This document shows, in pieces, positions 29,684-38,739 of a stretch of DNA of 60,584 nucleotides. Below the pieces are notes generated by a model. That model made no database searches, had not been told where the DNA came from, and worked only from the letters and a program-made list of their open reading frames with translations. Origin of the DNA: Clostridia bacterium (GTDB taxonomy: Bacteria > Bacillota > Peptococcia > Peptococcales > BICA1-8); NCBI GenBank assembly GCA_030154225.1, contig JASKKI010000006.1, positions 1-60,584 on the forward strand. Reading direction: 5' to 3'. A program made the translations under genes and the position numbers. Every line of letters begins with the position of its first letter. Position 1 is the first letter of the stretch.

Positions 29684-30229
29684 TTAACCAAACATTTTAT
29701 TTACTATATAAACTGAAGCTACAAAAGATGTAAAATCCGCAATTAGCCCTACCCATAAGGCATGCCGATATCTACTAATACCTACTGACCCAAAATACAC
29801 AGTTAAAACGAAAAAGGTTGTATCAGAACTACCCTGCATGGTAGAAGCCATTCGCCCTATTAAAGAATCGGGCCCAAAAGTATTTATTAATTCTGTAGCA
29901 ATACCCAGTGCTCCTCCTCCTGATAAAGGTCGCATTATGGCCAGAGGTAAAATTTCACCGGGAATACCAAATAATTTGATTACCGGGCTCAAAGCTCCTA
30001 CCATAATATTCATTGCTCCGGAATTTCTAAAAATGCCAATGGCCACCAACATAGCAACCAAATACGGAATAAGCTTAATGGCTATTTTAAACCCTTCTTC
30101 AGCCCCTTCTATAAACTCTTCGTATACTTTAACACCTTTGAAATAAGCAAAAGTAGGAATAAATAATACTAAAAAGGGGATAGTCCATTTTGATAATATT
30201 CCAATTACCTGTTCTAACATAAAACTCAA
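29684..30229 (-). CDS. spmB: Spore maturation protein B
   Basis: VYEEFIEGA, RPLSGGGA, STMQGSSDTTFFVLTVYFGSVG. Confidence 0.95.
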   Translation of the reverse strand: MSFMLEQVIGILSKWTIPFLVLFIPTFAYFKGVKVYEEFIEGAEEGFKIAIKLIPYLVAMLVAIGIFRNSGAMNIMVGALSPVIKLFGIPGEILPLAIMRPLSGGGALGIATELINTFGPDSLIGRMASTMQGSSDTTFFVLTVYFGSVGISRYRHALWVGLIADFTSFVASVYIVNKMFG

Positions 30230-30810
30230 CCCTTTCTAGTAAATAATCTAAATAAGTTATCTGCAGTCAGGGCAATTATCATGCCAATTAAAGTGGCAAA
30301 CAAGGTAGTACCAACAATTTCCGTAGGATTTAAAGATCCTGCAGCTACTCTTACTCCGATAATAGTTGCTGGAACTATAACAATACAGGATGTATTTATA
30401 GCTAAAAATGTTATCATAGCATCACTGGCAGTATCGGAATTTTTATTTAATGTTTGTAGTTCTTGCATTGCTTTTAATCCAAAAGGAGTTGCTGCATTTC
30501 CCAGACCCAGAATATTGGCACTAATATTTAATAAAATTGCACCCATGGCCGGATGATTTTCCGGTACACTAGGAAACAAAAATCTGGTAAAAGGCCTGAT
30601 GATTTTGGCTAAAATATCAACCAAACCTGCAGCTTCTCCTAAACGCATAATGCCTAACCAAAAAGTCATTAAGCCTATTAAATCAAATGAATATTTCACA
30701 GCTAAATTTGCTGCTTGTAAAACTGTATCGGTTATAATTTCAGGCTGACCATTTATAGCAGCAACTAATATTCCAATAACAATCAATGCCAACCAGATTA
30801 AATTAATCAT
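30226..30810 (-). CDS. spmA: Spore maturation protein A
   Basis: MINLIW start, FWLGIM, ANILGLGNAATPFGLKAM, FLAINTS. Confidence 0.95.
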   Translation of the reverse strand: MINLIWLALIVIGILVAAINGQPEIITDTVLQAANLAVKYSFDLIGLMTFWLGIMRLGEAAGLVDILAKIIRPFTRFLFPSVPENHPAMGAILLNISANILGLGNAATPFGLKAMQELQTLNKNSDTASDAMITFLAINTSCIVIVPATIIGVRVAAGSLNPTEIVGTTLFATLIGMIIALTADNLFRLFTRKG

Positions 30811-30844
30811 AAGTATCCACTCCAAATATACTGCATCTTTTAGA

Positions 30845-30873
30845 TACCTATGAAAACTTATTACCTTGTAGAA
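30845..30873 (-). promoter_or_regulatory. SigE-like promoter of spmAB
   Basis: TTCTACA-14-CATAGGTA. Confidence 0.55.
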
Positions 30874-30907
30874 CAAGAAAAAATATGACTTTTAAAGTAA
30901 GCAAAGA

Positions 30908-30939
30908 AAAAATCTGATCCCTGATAAGATCAGATTTTT
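30908..30939 (-). terminator. Terminator after gerW
   Basis: AAAAATCTGATC-N8-GATCAGATTTTT. Confidence 0.75.
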
Positions 30940-30942
30940 ATC

Positions 30943-31401
30943 TTAATGATTTTCTTTTGCTCCGGCAAACTCATTGGTAATCTGAGATTTTTCCGTTGAA
31001 TTATTATGGTTATTCTTTCTACTAAAAATTCCTTGGATTTGATTAACAAGATTTGGTGCTTGATCTATTAACCTGTCCACCATGGCATTTCCTTCAACTG
31101 AAAGAAACCGGACTTCTTCTCGGGATACTACTAAAAAACCTACCGGTTGTACCGAAACCCCTGCTCCCGAGCCACCTCCAAAAGGTAAAGATTGTTTTTG
31201 TTCCTGGTTTTTTCCTCCCCCTGCAGTTTCGAATTCACCACCCCCGGCAGCAAATCCACATACTACCCGGGAAACAGGAATAATTACTGTGCCATCTGCA
31301 GCTTCAACTGCATCACCTACAACTGTATTGACATCTACCATTTGTTTAATACTTTCCATTGCAGTTTTCATTAATCCTTCAATAGGATGGTTACTACTCA
31401 T
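30943..31401 (-). CDS. ytfJ: GerW/YtfJ family sporulation protein
   Basis: HPIEGLMKTAMESIKQMVDVNTVVG, GFAAGG, PFGGGSGAGVSVQPVGFLV. Confidence 0.95.
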   Translation of the reverse strand: MSSNHPIEGLMKTAMESIKQMVDVNTVVGDAVEAADGTVIIPVSRVVCGFAAGGGEFETAGGGKNQEQKQSLPFGGGSGAGVSVQPVGFLVVSREEVRFLSVEGNAMVDRLIDQAPNLVNQIQGIFSRKNNHNNSTEKSQITNEFAGAKENH

Positions 31402-31425
31402 TTAGTTACCCCCTTTTCATTAATA

Positions 31426-32079
31426 TTAAGAAGTCACACCTTTTATAAGATGATAGCTTACACGTACAAAACGAATAGTATGTATCAAGACAATAATAAT
31501 ATGGCCTAAGGGGAAAGCAATTATACAATCGTATTCTAAATGTAGTTTAGAATTATTATTAAAATCTGGAACAATCTGTATTTTTGGAGTTTCCGGTTTT
31601 AAAACCACCCATTTTGATAATTGGGATAATAAAAAGCTATATACTGCCCAGAGTGAACCAATGGTCATTCCTGTTTTAGCTGCATCTACTAAGCCTACTT
31701 CTGTATAAATATTTAATTTCTTGCATTTAATAGGTTTTAATATTTTAGAAGTTAATTTTAACGAATGGAATATAATTTGTAGGACCCTGGGTAACCAGAT
31801 GTTTATTCTTCTGAAAATAATCTTCCAATTTTTTTCCGGTAATTTATCAGCTTTCATAGATTTCTCAAAATTTTTCGGGGTATATTTTTTTCGCGCCATT
31901 AATGAAAGAATTTTTGCCAGGGGAGTGGAAAATACTTTATTTAAAGTAATAAATAAAATTTTAACTTGTATTTTAATCTTGTCTTCATTATTTGCCCTGC
32001 GGTAATTAATATGAATTTGCGTGGGTAATAAAGCCATGATAAGAAATATTATAAGAATCAAAAGGATATATACGGCCAT
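31426..32079 (-). CDS. DUF2953 / YtfI family protein
   Basis: GLVDAAKTG motif, PDFN, CIIAFPLGHII; upstream of ytfJ. Confidence 0.85.
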   Translation of the reverse strand: MAVYILLILIIFLIMALLPTQIHINYRRANNEDKIKIQVKILFITLNKVFSTPLAKILSLMARKKYTPKNFEKSMKADKLPEKNWKIIFRRINIWLPRVLQIIFHSLKLTSKILKPIKCKKLNIYTEVGLVDAAKTGMTIGSLWAVYSFLLSQLSKWVVLKPETPKIQIVPDFNNNSKLHLEYDCIIAFPLGHIIIVLIHTIRFVRVSYHLIKGVTS

Positions 32080-32102
32080 ATTATTTCACCCCTTATACAT
32101 CC

Positions 32103-32132
32103 TAATTTTGGCAAAAAATACATTGGATATAC
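32103..32132 (-). promoter_or_regulatory. SigF-like promoter of ytfI-ytfJ
   Basis: GTATA-15-GCCAAAATTA. Confidence 0.6.
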
Positions 32133-32233
32133 TAATAAAATTTTAAAAAAAAAAAAAACGGGGCTTCCCGTTTTCAGTGAAAAAAGTGAAAGAGTATATA
32201 AAAATCATGTATATATTCTGAATTAAATGGTAT

Positions 32234-32761
32234 TTATTCTTCTTGATGTTTTAAGTTTTCTAAAGAAGGTAATTGAGAAAGATCTTTTAAACCGAAGTAT
32301 TTTAAAAAATCTTTGGTGGTACCGTAAACTATGGGACGTCCTGGTCCTTCTTTTCTACCTAATTCTTCTATTAAATTTTTTTCTACTAGTGTATTAACAA
32401 TTTTATCTACTTTTACTCCCCGAATTAACTCAATTTCACTCCTAGTGATAGGCTGCTTATAGGCAATTATGGCCAGGGTTTCTAATGCAGCATGGGAAAG
32501 GGTACTTAATTGGGGTTTAAATAACTTCTGTATGTATAGATCATATTCAGGTTTGGTGACAAATAAAAATCCTTCGGCAACTTCTATTAAGTGGAATCCA
32601 TGATAATTTTTAGTATATTCTGCTTGTAAGTCCTCCACGATTCTTTGGGTAATATCAGGGTTAATATTAATTATTTCACTAAGTTGTTTTATTGATAAAG
32701 GTTCATTACTGACAAATAATAAACTTTCAACAATTGCCTTAGTTTCGTCTAAGAACAACAA
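32234..32761 (-). CDS. scpB: SMC-Scp complex subunit ScpB
   Basis: LSHAALETLAIIAYKQPITRSEIELIRGV, GRPIVYGTTKDFL. Confidence 0.96.
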   Translation of the reverse strand: MLFLDETKAIVESLLFVSNEPLSIKQLSEIININPDITQRIVEDLQAEYTKNYHGFHLIEVAEGFLFVTKPEYDLYIQKLFKPQLSTLSHAALETLAIIAYKQPITRSEIELIRGVKVDKIVNTLVEKNLIEELGRKEGPGRPIVYGTTKDFLKYFGLKDLSQLPSLENLKHQEE

Positions 32762-32774
32762 ACACACTCTCTCC

Positions 32775-33518
32775 TTATTCTTCATCATCTCTTATAAAAA
32801 TAACTATCCTGCCAAAAGAGCCACTTTGCATAAATCGAATTCTATTAAGCTTTATCAATTCCAGGAGAGCTAGAAAAGTAACAATAATCCTTAACCGACT
32901 GGTGCCCAATGGAAATAAGTCAGTAAAAACTAAGCCTTTTTTACTAACAGATAAGGCCTCCATTATATTTACCATACACTCCCGAATTGAGATTTTTTCC
33001 CTGGATATTTCATAAATTGGTTCAGGTTCACTTGCTTTTTCCAGAATTACTTTAAATGTTTGAAATAAATCATGAACTGTAAGATTTTCTACAGGATTAC
33101 CAGGTCCAAATTTTTTAATTATTTGGGCCTCGTCAAAATTCCTGGTAAATACTTTAGTCATTTCTTTTTCTCTAGTCCGTAATATACTTGCTGCTTCTTT
33201 ATATTGTTTATATTCTATTAGCCTGATAACTAACTCCTCACGGGGATCTTCTCCTTCATCTTCATCAATAACCTTTACAGGTTTAGGTAATAACATTTTG
33301 GCTTTAATAGCTAATAAAGTAGCTGCCATAACCAAAAATTCGCTAGCAAAATCCAGGTCAAGGAATTTGGCCTCATTTATATATGTTAAATATTGATCCG
33401 TAATTTTAGCAATAGGTATATCATAAATATCAATCTCATTTTTTTCGATTAAATGTAATAATAAATCCAATGGTCCTTCGAAATTTTCTAATCTCACCCG
33501 ATACTTATCCTGCACCAT
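32775..33518 (-). CDS. scpA: Segregation and condensation protein A (kleisin)
   Basis: FEGPLDLLLHLI, FLVMAATLLAIKAKMLLP, FLALLEL. Confidence 0.96.
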   Translation of the reverse strand: MVQDKYRVRLENFEGPLDLLLHLIEKNEIDIYDIPIAKITDQYLTYINEAKFLDLDFASEFLVMAATLLAIKAKMLLPKPVKVIDEDEGEDPREELVIRLIEYKQYKEAASILRTREKEMTKVFTRNFDEAQIIKKFGPGNPVENLTVHDLFQTFKVILEKASEPEPIYEISREKISIRECMVNIMEALSVSKKGLVFTDLFPLGTSRLRIIVTFLALLELIKLNRIRFMQSGSFGRIVIFIRDDEE

Positions 33519-33586
33519 TAATAACACCCGTCACTGTTACTTAAAATTGTTCCCATATCACTTCTGCTTTTTTCCATTCTATCCTC

Positions 33587-34210
33587 CTAAAAAACTAAAA
33601 ATGAAGCCAGCCCCCAAACTATGGAAAGTAAAATTTCTGCTATGGGCAAAATTATATATCTTGTAAAACCGGTAATAATTAAAAGCATTAGAATTAACGG
33701 ACCATAGCCTTCTAAAGAATAGATAATATGCAAACTGGATCTGGGTAATAAACCTGCTAATATTTTAGAACCATCTAAAGGAGGAACAGGTAATAGGTTA
33801 AAAGCTGCTAAATAAATGTTAATCAAAACTATATAACTTAAAAAAACTGGAACTAATCCCCCAAAAGTCCTAAAAGTGTTAAATAATAAAGCCCCAATAA
33901 ATGCAACCAGGATATTGGCCAGTGGTCCGGCCAAAGCTACATACATCATACCCTGTCTACGGTTAACTTTAAAGTAATAAGGATTAACTTCTACCGGCTT
34001 AGCCCAACCAAATCCAGCTACCAGTAATAATAATGCTCCCAAGGGATCTAAATGATTAATAGGATTTAGAGTTAAACGTCCTTGTATTTTAGGAGTTGGG
34101 TCACCCAAACGATATGCAATCCAGCCATGAGCCAATTCATGAAAAGTTATGGCTATTAAAACTACCGGTACTAAAACCAGTAGTTTTTCAATAGTAAAAT
34201 TACTCAGCAT
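33587..34210 (-). CDS. Site-2 protease family (M50) protein
   Basis: HELAH, GDPTP..GRLTLNP, FNLLPVPPLDG. Confidence 0.92.
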   Translation of the reverse strand: MLSNFTIEKLLVLVPVVLIAITFHELAHGWIAYRLGDPTPKIQGRLTLNPINHLDPLGALLLLVAGFGWAKPVEVNPYYFKVNRRQGMMYVALAGPLANILVAFIGALLFNTFRTFGGLVPVFLSYIVLINIYLAAFNLLPVPPLDGSKILAGLLPRSSLHIIYSLEGYGPLILMLLIITGFTRYIILPIAEILLSIVWGLASFLVF

Positions 34211-35447
34211 AATTATCCCTCATTTCCAAAAGCCAATTTAATGCTTCTTCCCGGGTATTTATTCTACCTTCTAAAACTTCCTGTTCCAAATTATTAAGTA
34301 TCTTACCGATTATAGGACCGGGGCGAAAACCGTACTTTAAAAGGTCTCTCCCGGTAATGGGAAGATAAACCCCCTGCCGAGCTTTTTTTATCTCTTTAAT
34401 CAGAAATTCTCTTTTCTCACCCAAAAGACTCAAGAGGAATGTTTCCACTTCTTCAGGAACATTATACATTAAACGATGTAATTGGATAAATGAAAAATTT
34501 ATATTTTCTTGAATTAACCTTTTAATAACTTTTCTATTTTCCACCATCCATTCCAAGCATAATTTTTCTTTTTTACTAAAGTCAAAAGGTACCTCAAAAA
34601 TATAATCAATCTTTGGTGAGCATTGCCAGTAAATTAACATTAAAAGAATCAGCCAGGTTTCTATTTCTTTTCTATTTCTACACCATGTTTTTATAAAACC
34701 TATAGATTTAGGATTTAGGTAGTTTAATTTAATTCCGGGAAAAACATAGGGAGTAACTCCCCAGGCATCTACTAGGTGTAATATTTGTAAAGTATTATCT
34801 TCCTTTACTATTTTTTTGTATTCATTTTTCAAACGAGTTCCTGATATTCTATTAATGTATTTTATTGACTTTGTCAATGTTTTTTCTGTATTTTCTTCTA
34901 AATTAAATTTAAGCCTGGTTAAAAGTCTAGCAGCCCTCAATATTCTGGTGGGGTCTTCTCTAAAACTCTCATTATGTAAAACTTTTATTAAACCCTTATC
35001 TAGATCATTTAGCCCATTAAAAGGGTCAATAATCATTTCTTTATCCTGATTATTGAGTTTAATCGCCAGTGAATTTATCGAAAAATCTCTACGTTTCAAG
35101 TCATCATAAATATTACCTGGCTCGACAATAGGTAAAGAACCATAATTGAGATATATTTCCTTTCGAGTAGTTGTTATGTCTAAAACAAAAAAAGAAGGTA
35201 ACGTTATGGTAGCACTTAAAAAACGTTCATAAGTTCGAATATCCCCACCTAAAACCGGATTGAGAAAATTAGCAAATTCCTGGGCATTTCCTTCAATTGC
35301 AATATCTAGATCATAGTTTGTTTTATTTAAATACAAATCTCTAACTGTACCACCTACCAAGTAGGTATTTACTCCCATTTGGTTAGCCGCCTTAATCACT
35401 TTTTGTAATATTTTTTTTCCCTCAAAACCAAGTTTATTAGTCAACAA
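34200..35447 (-). CDS. Class II tRNA nucleotidyltransferase (probably A-adding type)
   Basis: VGGTVRD, DLDI, RRDFSINSLA, FREDPTRILRA, C-terminal ITGRDL..G..PGP.IG. Confidence 0.88.
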   Translation of the reverse strand: MLTNKLGFEGKKILQKVIKAANQMGVNTYLVGGTVRDLYLNKTNYDLDIAIEGNAQEFANFLNPVLGGDIRTYERFLSATITLPSFFVLDITTTRKEIYLNYGSLPIVEPGNIYDDLKRRDFSINSLAIKLNNQDKEMIIDPFNGLNDLDKGLIKVLHNESFREDPTRILRAARLLTRLKFNLEENTEKTLTKSIKYINRISGTRLKNEYKKIVKEDNTLQILHLVDAWGVTPYVFPGIKLNYLNPKSIGFIKTWCRNRKEIETWLILLMLIYWQCSPKIDYIFEVPFDFSKKEKLCLEWMVENRKVIKRLIQENINFSFIQLHRLMYNVPEEVETFLLSLLGEKREFLIKEIKKARQGVYLPITGRDLLKYGFRPGPIIGKILNNLEQEVLEGRINTREEALNWLLEMRDNYAE

Positions 35448-35539
35448 TTAGAATCACATTCCCAATAAATTCCTTTATTAATTAAAAATATTATAACACA
35501 AGAACAAAAGCATATCATACTTTTTCAGGATAGATAAAA

Positions 35540-35568
35540 AAACAAAGTCACTTTCAGTGACCTTGTTT
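35540..35568 (-). terminator. Terminator after the activase triad
   Basis: AAACAAAGTCAC-N5-GTGACCTTGTTT imperfect stem with T-tail on the minus strand. Confidence 0.6.
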
Positions 35569-35597
35569 CCTTAATACTTTTTGATTCTACTAGTATT

Positions 35598-36566
35598 TTA
35601 GCCGGCATTTTCTATAGCATCGGTCCATTTGTTACATTTATCCCCCCAGCGAGCCTTGAGGTTCCCATCAATATATAGTTCAATTACTTCACATATATTA
35701 GGACAACCCTGGCATTCAAAAGATAAAGTGGTAAAATCAGATTTAACCAGGTCAAAACCTTTAAAATTAGTTTCATTTTTACCGGAAACAGCTTCTTTAG
35801 CTAATATTGCAGCTCCTATGGCTCCCATCACATTAAACCATTGAGGAACTATTATTTTTTCTCCCAATGCCTCCTCAAATGCAATTTTAATACCAGGGTT
35901 AGCTGCCACTCCCCCCTGAAATATTATCGGAGCTTTAATATCCTTACCTTTACCTACATTATTTAAATAATTTCTAACCAGAGCCTGACAAAGCCCTGCT
36001 ACTATATCAGAAATACTATGGCCCAATTGTTGCTTATGGATCATATCACTTTCAGCAAATACCGAACACCTACCAGCGATTCTAACCGGATTTTTGGTTT
36101 TTAAGGCTAGTTTAGAAAACTCTTCAATTGTTAATCCTAACCTGGCAGCTTGTTGGTCTAGAAAAGAACCAGTACCGGCAGCACAAACTGTATTCATTGC
36201 AAAATCTGAAACAATCCCATTTTCTAAAATAATTATTTTAGAATCCTGTCCACCTATTTCCAAAACTGAATGTACATCAGGAATTTGATCAGCAGCCGCA
36301 ACGGCATGGGCTGTAATTTCATTTTTTACAACATCTGCACCAACAATTAGTGCTGCTAGCTTTCTTCCACTTCCCGTTGTTCCTACTCCTTTGACTTTTG
36401 TTTCCCTGGGAATTAAAGTATATAATTTTAATAATCCATTTTGCAGTGTTTCAATAGGTCTTCCTAGAGTTCGAAGATATAAAGCTTGTTTAACATTATG
36501 TGTTTCATCAATTAAAACTATATTTGTACTTACAGAACCAACATCAATACCCAAAAATACATTCAC
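35598..36566 (-). CDS. Acyl-CoA dehydratase activase (BcrAD/BadFG/HgdC ASKHA ATPase)
   Basis: GIDVGSVSTN, NEITAH, IGGQDSK, MNTVCAAGTGSFLD, RCSVFAESD, C-terminal CQGCPNIC. Confidence 0.93.
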   Translation of the reverse strand: MNVFLGIDVGSVSTNIVLIDETHNVKQALYLRTLGRPIETLQNGLLKLYTLIPRETKVKGVGTTGSGRKLAALIVGADVVKNEITAHAVAAADQIPDVHSVLEIGGQDSKIIILENGIVSDFAMNTVCAAGTGSFLDQQAARLGLTIEEFSKLALKTKNPVRIAGRCSVFAESDMIHKQQLGHSISDIVAGLCQALVRNYLNNVGKGKDIKAPIIFQGGVAANPGIKIAFEEALGEKIIVPQWFNVMGAIGAAILAKEAVSGKNETNFKGFDLVKSDFTTLSFECQGCPNICEVIELYIDGNLKARWGDKCNKWTDAIENAG

Positions 36567-37660
36567 TTGGCTATCCTCCTTTGGTTTTCCAGTTGTCTTC
36601 TAATTAAATCGATAAAAGCCTCCAAGCGGGTAACTAACCCGGCTTTTCCCGATTGTTCATCTACATATATTGTTAAAATGGGTATATTACATTCTTCCCT
36701 AACCTTTGGCAAAATACTATGGGCAACTATTTCGGGCATACAAGTTAAAGGTGCAATCTGAATTAGCCCGTGAAATCCTTCCTGGGAAAAACCAACGGCA
36801 TACCCTATAGTTTCCCGGCCATGACCACCCACAAAATAATTCAGATAAGGTTTGGCTAATTGAACAAAAGGTTTTACTTTTTCCCTTTTGGAATAATTCA
36901 TTAGCAGGTGACTATTAATCCATTCACTTAAATACAATGATCTAGTTACCTCAACTCCCAATTTTCCAAGTTCTTTTTCAATCTCCAGATTAACAAAAGG
37001 CTCTAAAAGGGTGTAGATTTCACCAATTAAGCCTATTTTAATTATCCTAAGATCATCGTTAACAGGAACTTGTTCCAACTTTAATAACCCTAGTCCAGTA
37101 GCTTCCTGTAGTGAAATATAACTTTGGGCATTATCAATTGTATTTAAAACATGTTTATAAATTATATCTACAGTACCTATTCTTTTTTCCCTTGGTCGCA
37201 AATACTGTACCTTCCGTTCCACTAAATCAATAGCACAAGCTTTTTGATAACTAAACTTTATAGCTTCAATTACTTTCCTCCAGGAGTTGGTACCAATTAT
37301 TTTTTTCAAGCGCATAATAAATTGTCCCAAATGCTTATCCGGCGGTTCAAGGACAAGGGTATCATACTCATAACCTAGTTCATGTAAAATTTCTTTTTCA
37401 ACCTGTGCATATAATCCAAAGCGGCAAGGACCTACTCCTCCAGCCATAATTATTGTATCAGCACCCAATTGGCGAGCTTCAATTAAGTTACCTAAATTTA
37501 TTTTTAAAGGTAAACAGGCAAACTCAGGTGCATACTTTACTCCTAAATTTAAAGTTTTTTGACTGGAAAAAGGAGGTATAACTACATCTAAATCTAAATA
37601 TTCCAGCAATCCTTTAACAACTATATACATGTTACCCATATGGGGAAACGTTAATATCAA
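36563..37660 (-). CDS. CoA activase-related protein (DUF2229/HGD-D-like)
   Basis: TFPHMG, EFACLPLK, GPCRFG, LTCMPE, VDEQSGKAGLVTRLEAF. Confidence 0.85.
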   Translation of the reverse strand: MILTFPHMGNMYIVVKGLLEYLDLDVVIPPFSSQKTLNLGVKYAPEFACLPLKINLGNLIEARQLGADTIIMAGGVGPCRFGLYAQVEKEILHELGYEYDTLVLEPPDKHLGQFIMRLKKIIGTNSWRKVIEAIKFSYQKACAIDLVERKVQYLRPREKRIGTVDIIYKHVLNTIDNAQSYISLQEATGLGLLKLEQVPVNDDLRIIKIGLIGEIYTLLEPFVNLEIEKELGKLGVEVTRSLYLSEWINSHLLMNYSKREKVKPFVQLAKPYLNYFVGGHGRETIGYAVGFSQEGFHGLIQIAPLTCMPEIVAHSILPKVREECNIPILTIYVDEQSGKAGLVTRLEAFIDLIRRQLENQRRIAK

Positions 37661-37663
37661 AAA

Positions 37664-38614
37664 TTACCCCACCCTTCTTTTTAATAAATCATAGAAGGCT
37701 TCAATTCTGGTATTTATACCAGCCTCACCAGTATGTTCGTCAATAGTTAAGTTTAAAATAGGCTTATTATTTTTTGTTTTTAAATGATGATAGATCATAC
37801 TACTGGTCATTGCATCGGGGCCACAACCAAAAGAACTTATATTAATAAAACCGGAAATTTCTGCCTGTTTACTAAAATAAAAAGCAGAACCCAATAAATT
37901 TTTAGCGAAATTCCAGAATATCCTTTTAGGCAAAATACTTACTTCTTTATTAACCATTTTTGGGTGTATCATCTCACTTGTAAAAACACTGACATTTAAT
38001 TTCGCAAGTTTTTCCAATAAATTCATGCTTAAATACCCATCGTAAAGAATATATTCATGCCCTATTACAGCAATATTTAATCTTCCCGGATCTTTATCTA
38101 AATGGGTAATTTTAAACTCCCTAGGAATTGATTTATTTAACCAAACCTGGTTAAACTTTTTAAAATCACTAACCCCTTTAAACCAGGACATTGCAATTTT
38201 GCCAGGATTTTTAGAAAAAATATTTCCCACTTCCCAAATAATTTTCCATAGATTATTATCCCTTTTAGTTAAATCGATTGTTGGTCCAATAACCTCAGGC
38301 AAATTATCTATGTTAGTAACAAGCATATCAGGAATTCCCATAAATTTTGGACATGAAAATTCCTTTTTTTCTACACTGACCAGTCGAGGAGCAAATATAT
38401 AATCAACTTTATCCTTTAAATAGTTAATATGTCCAAAATAAACCTTAACAGGTAAGCAAGCTTCATCAACTACATATTTAGCACCTTGATCTAAAATGGC
38501 TCTATTTGTAGGTGGTGAAAAAATAACTTTTGCCCCTAAATTTTCAAAAAAAGTTTTCCAAAGTGAAAAATATTTATAATAATTTAAAGCTCGGGGTATA
38601 CCTATTCGTAGCAT
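37664..38614 (-). CDS. CoA activase-related protein (DUF2229)
   Basis: IGIPRAL, DEACLPVKVYFGH, CPKF, FGCGPD, IDEHTGEAGINTRIEAF; GGAGG RBS before MLRIG. Confidence 0.88.
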   Translation of the reverse strand: MLRIGIPRALNYYKYFSLWKTFFENLGAKVIFSPPTNRAILDQGAKYVVDEACLPVKVYFGHINYLKDKVDYIFAPRLVSVEKKEFSCPKFMGIPDMLVTNIDNLPEVIGPTIDLTKRDNNLWKIIWEVGNIFSKNPGKIAMSWFKGVSDFKKFNQVWLNKSIPREFKITHLDKDPGRLNIAVIGHEYILYDGYLSMNLLEKLAKLNVSVFTSEMIHPKMVNKEVSILPKRIFWNFAKNLLGSAFYFSKQAEISGFINISSFGCGPDAMTSSMIYHHLKTKNNKPILNLTIDEHTGEAGINTRIEAFYDLLKRRVG

Positions 38615-38707
38615 AATTTTCCTCCGTTTTATAAAATTTAGCACATTAAAGATTTTTAACAATTTATAGTTTTTTTATACCCTTCAAGAACAAAATCACT
38701 TAATTAG

Positions 38708-38730
38708 AAAAACCGGCTAAGCCGGTTTTT
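38708..38730. terminator. Terminator after spoVAF
   Basis: AAAAACCGGC-TAA-GCCGGTTTTT. Confidence 0.7.
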
Positions 38731-38739
38731 AATGTCAAT

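Noticed and set aside
32145-32174. Long poly-A run as a phase-variation tract
   Set aside because: Intergenic, and explained as the U-tail of the AAAACGGG/CCCGTTTT terminator after scpB.
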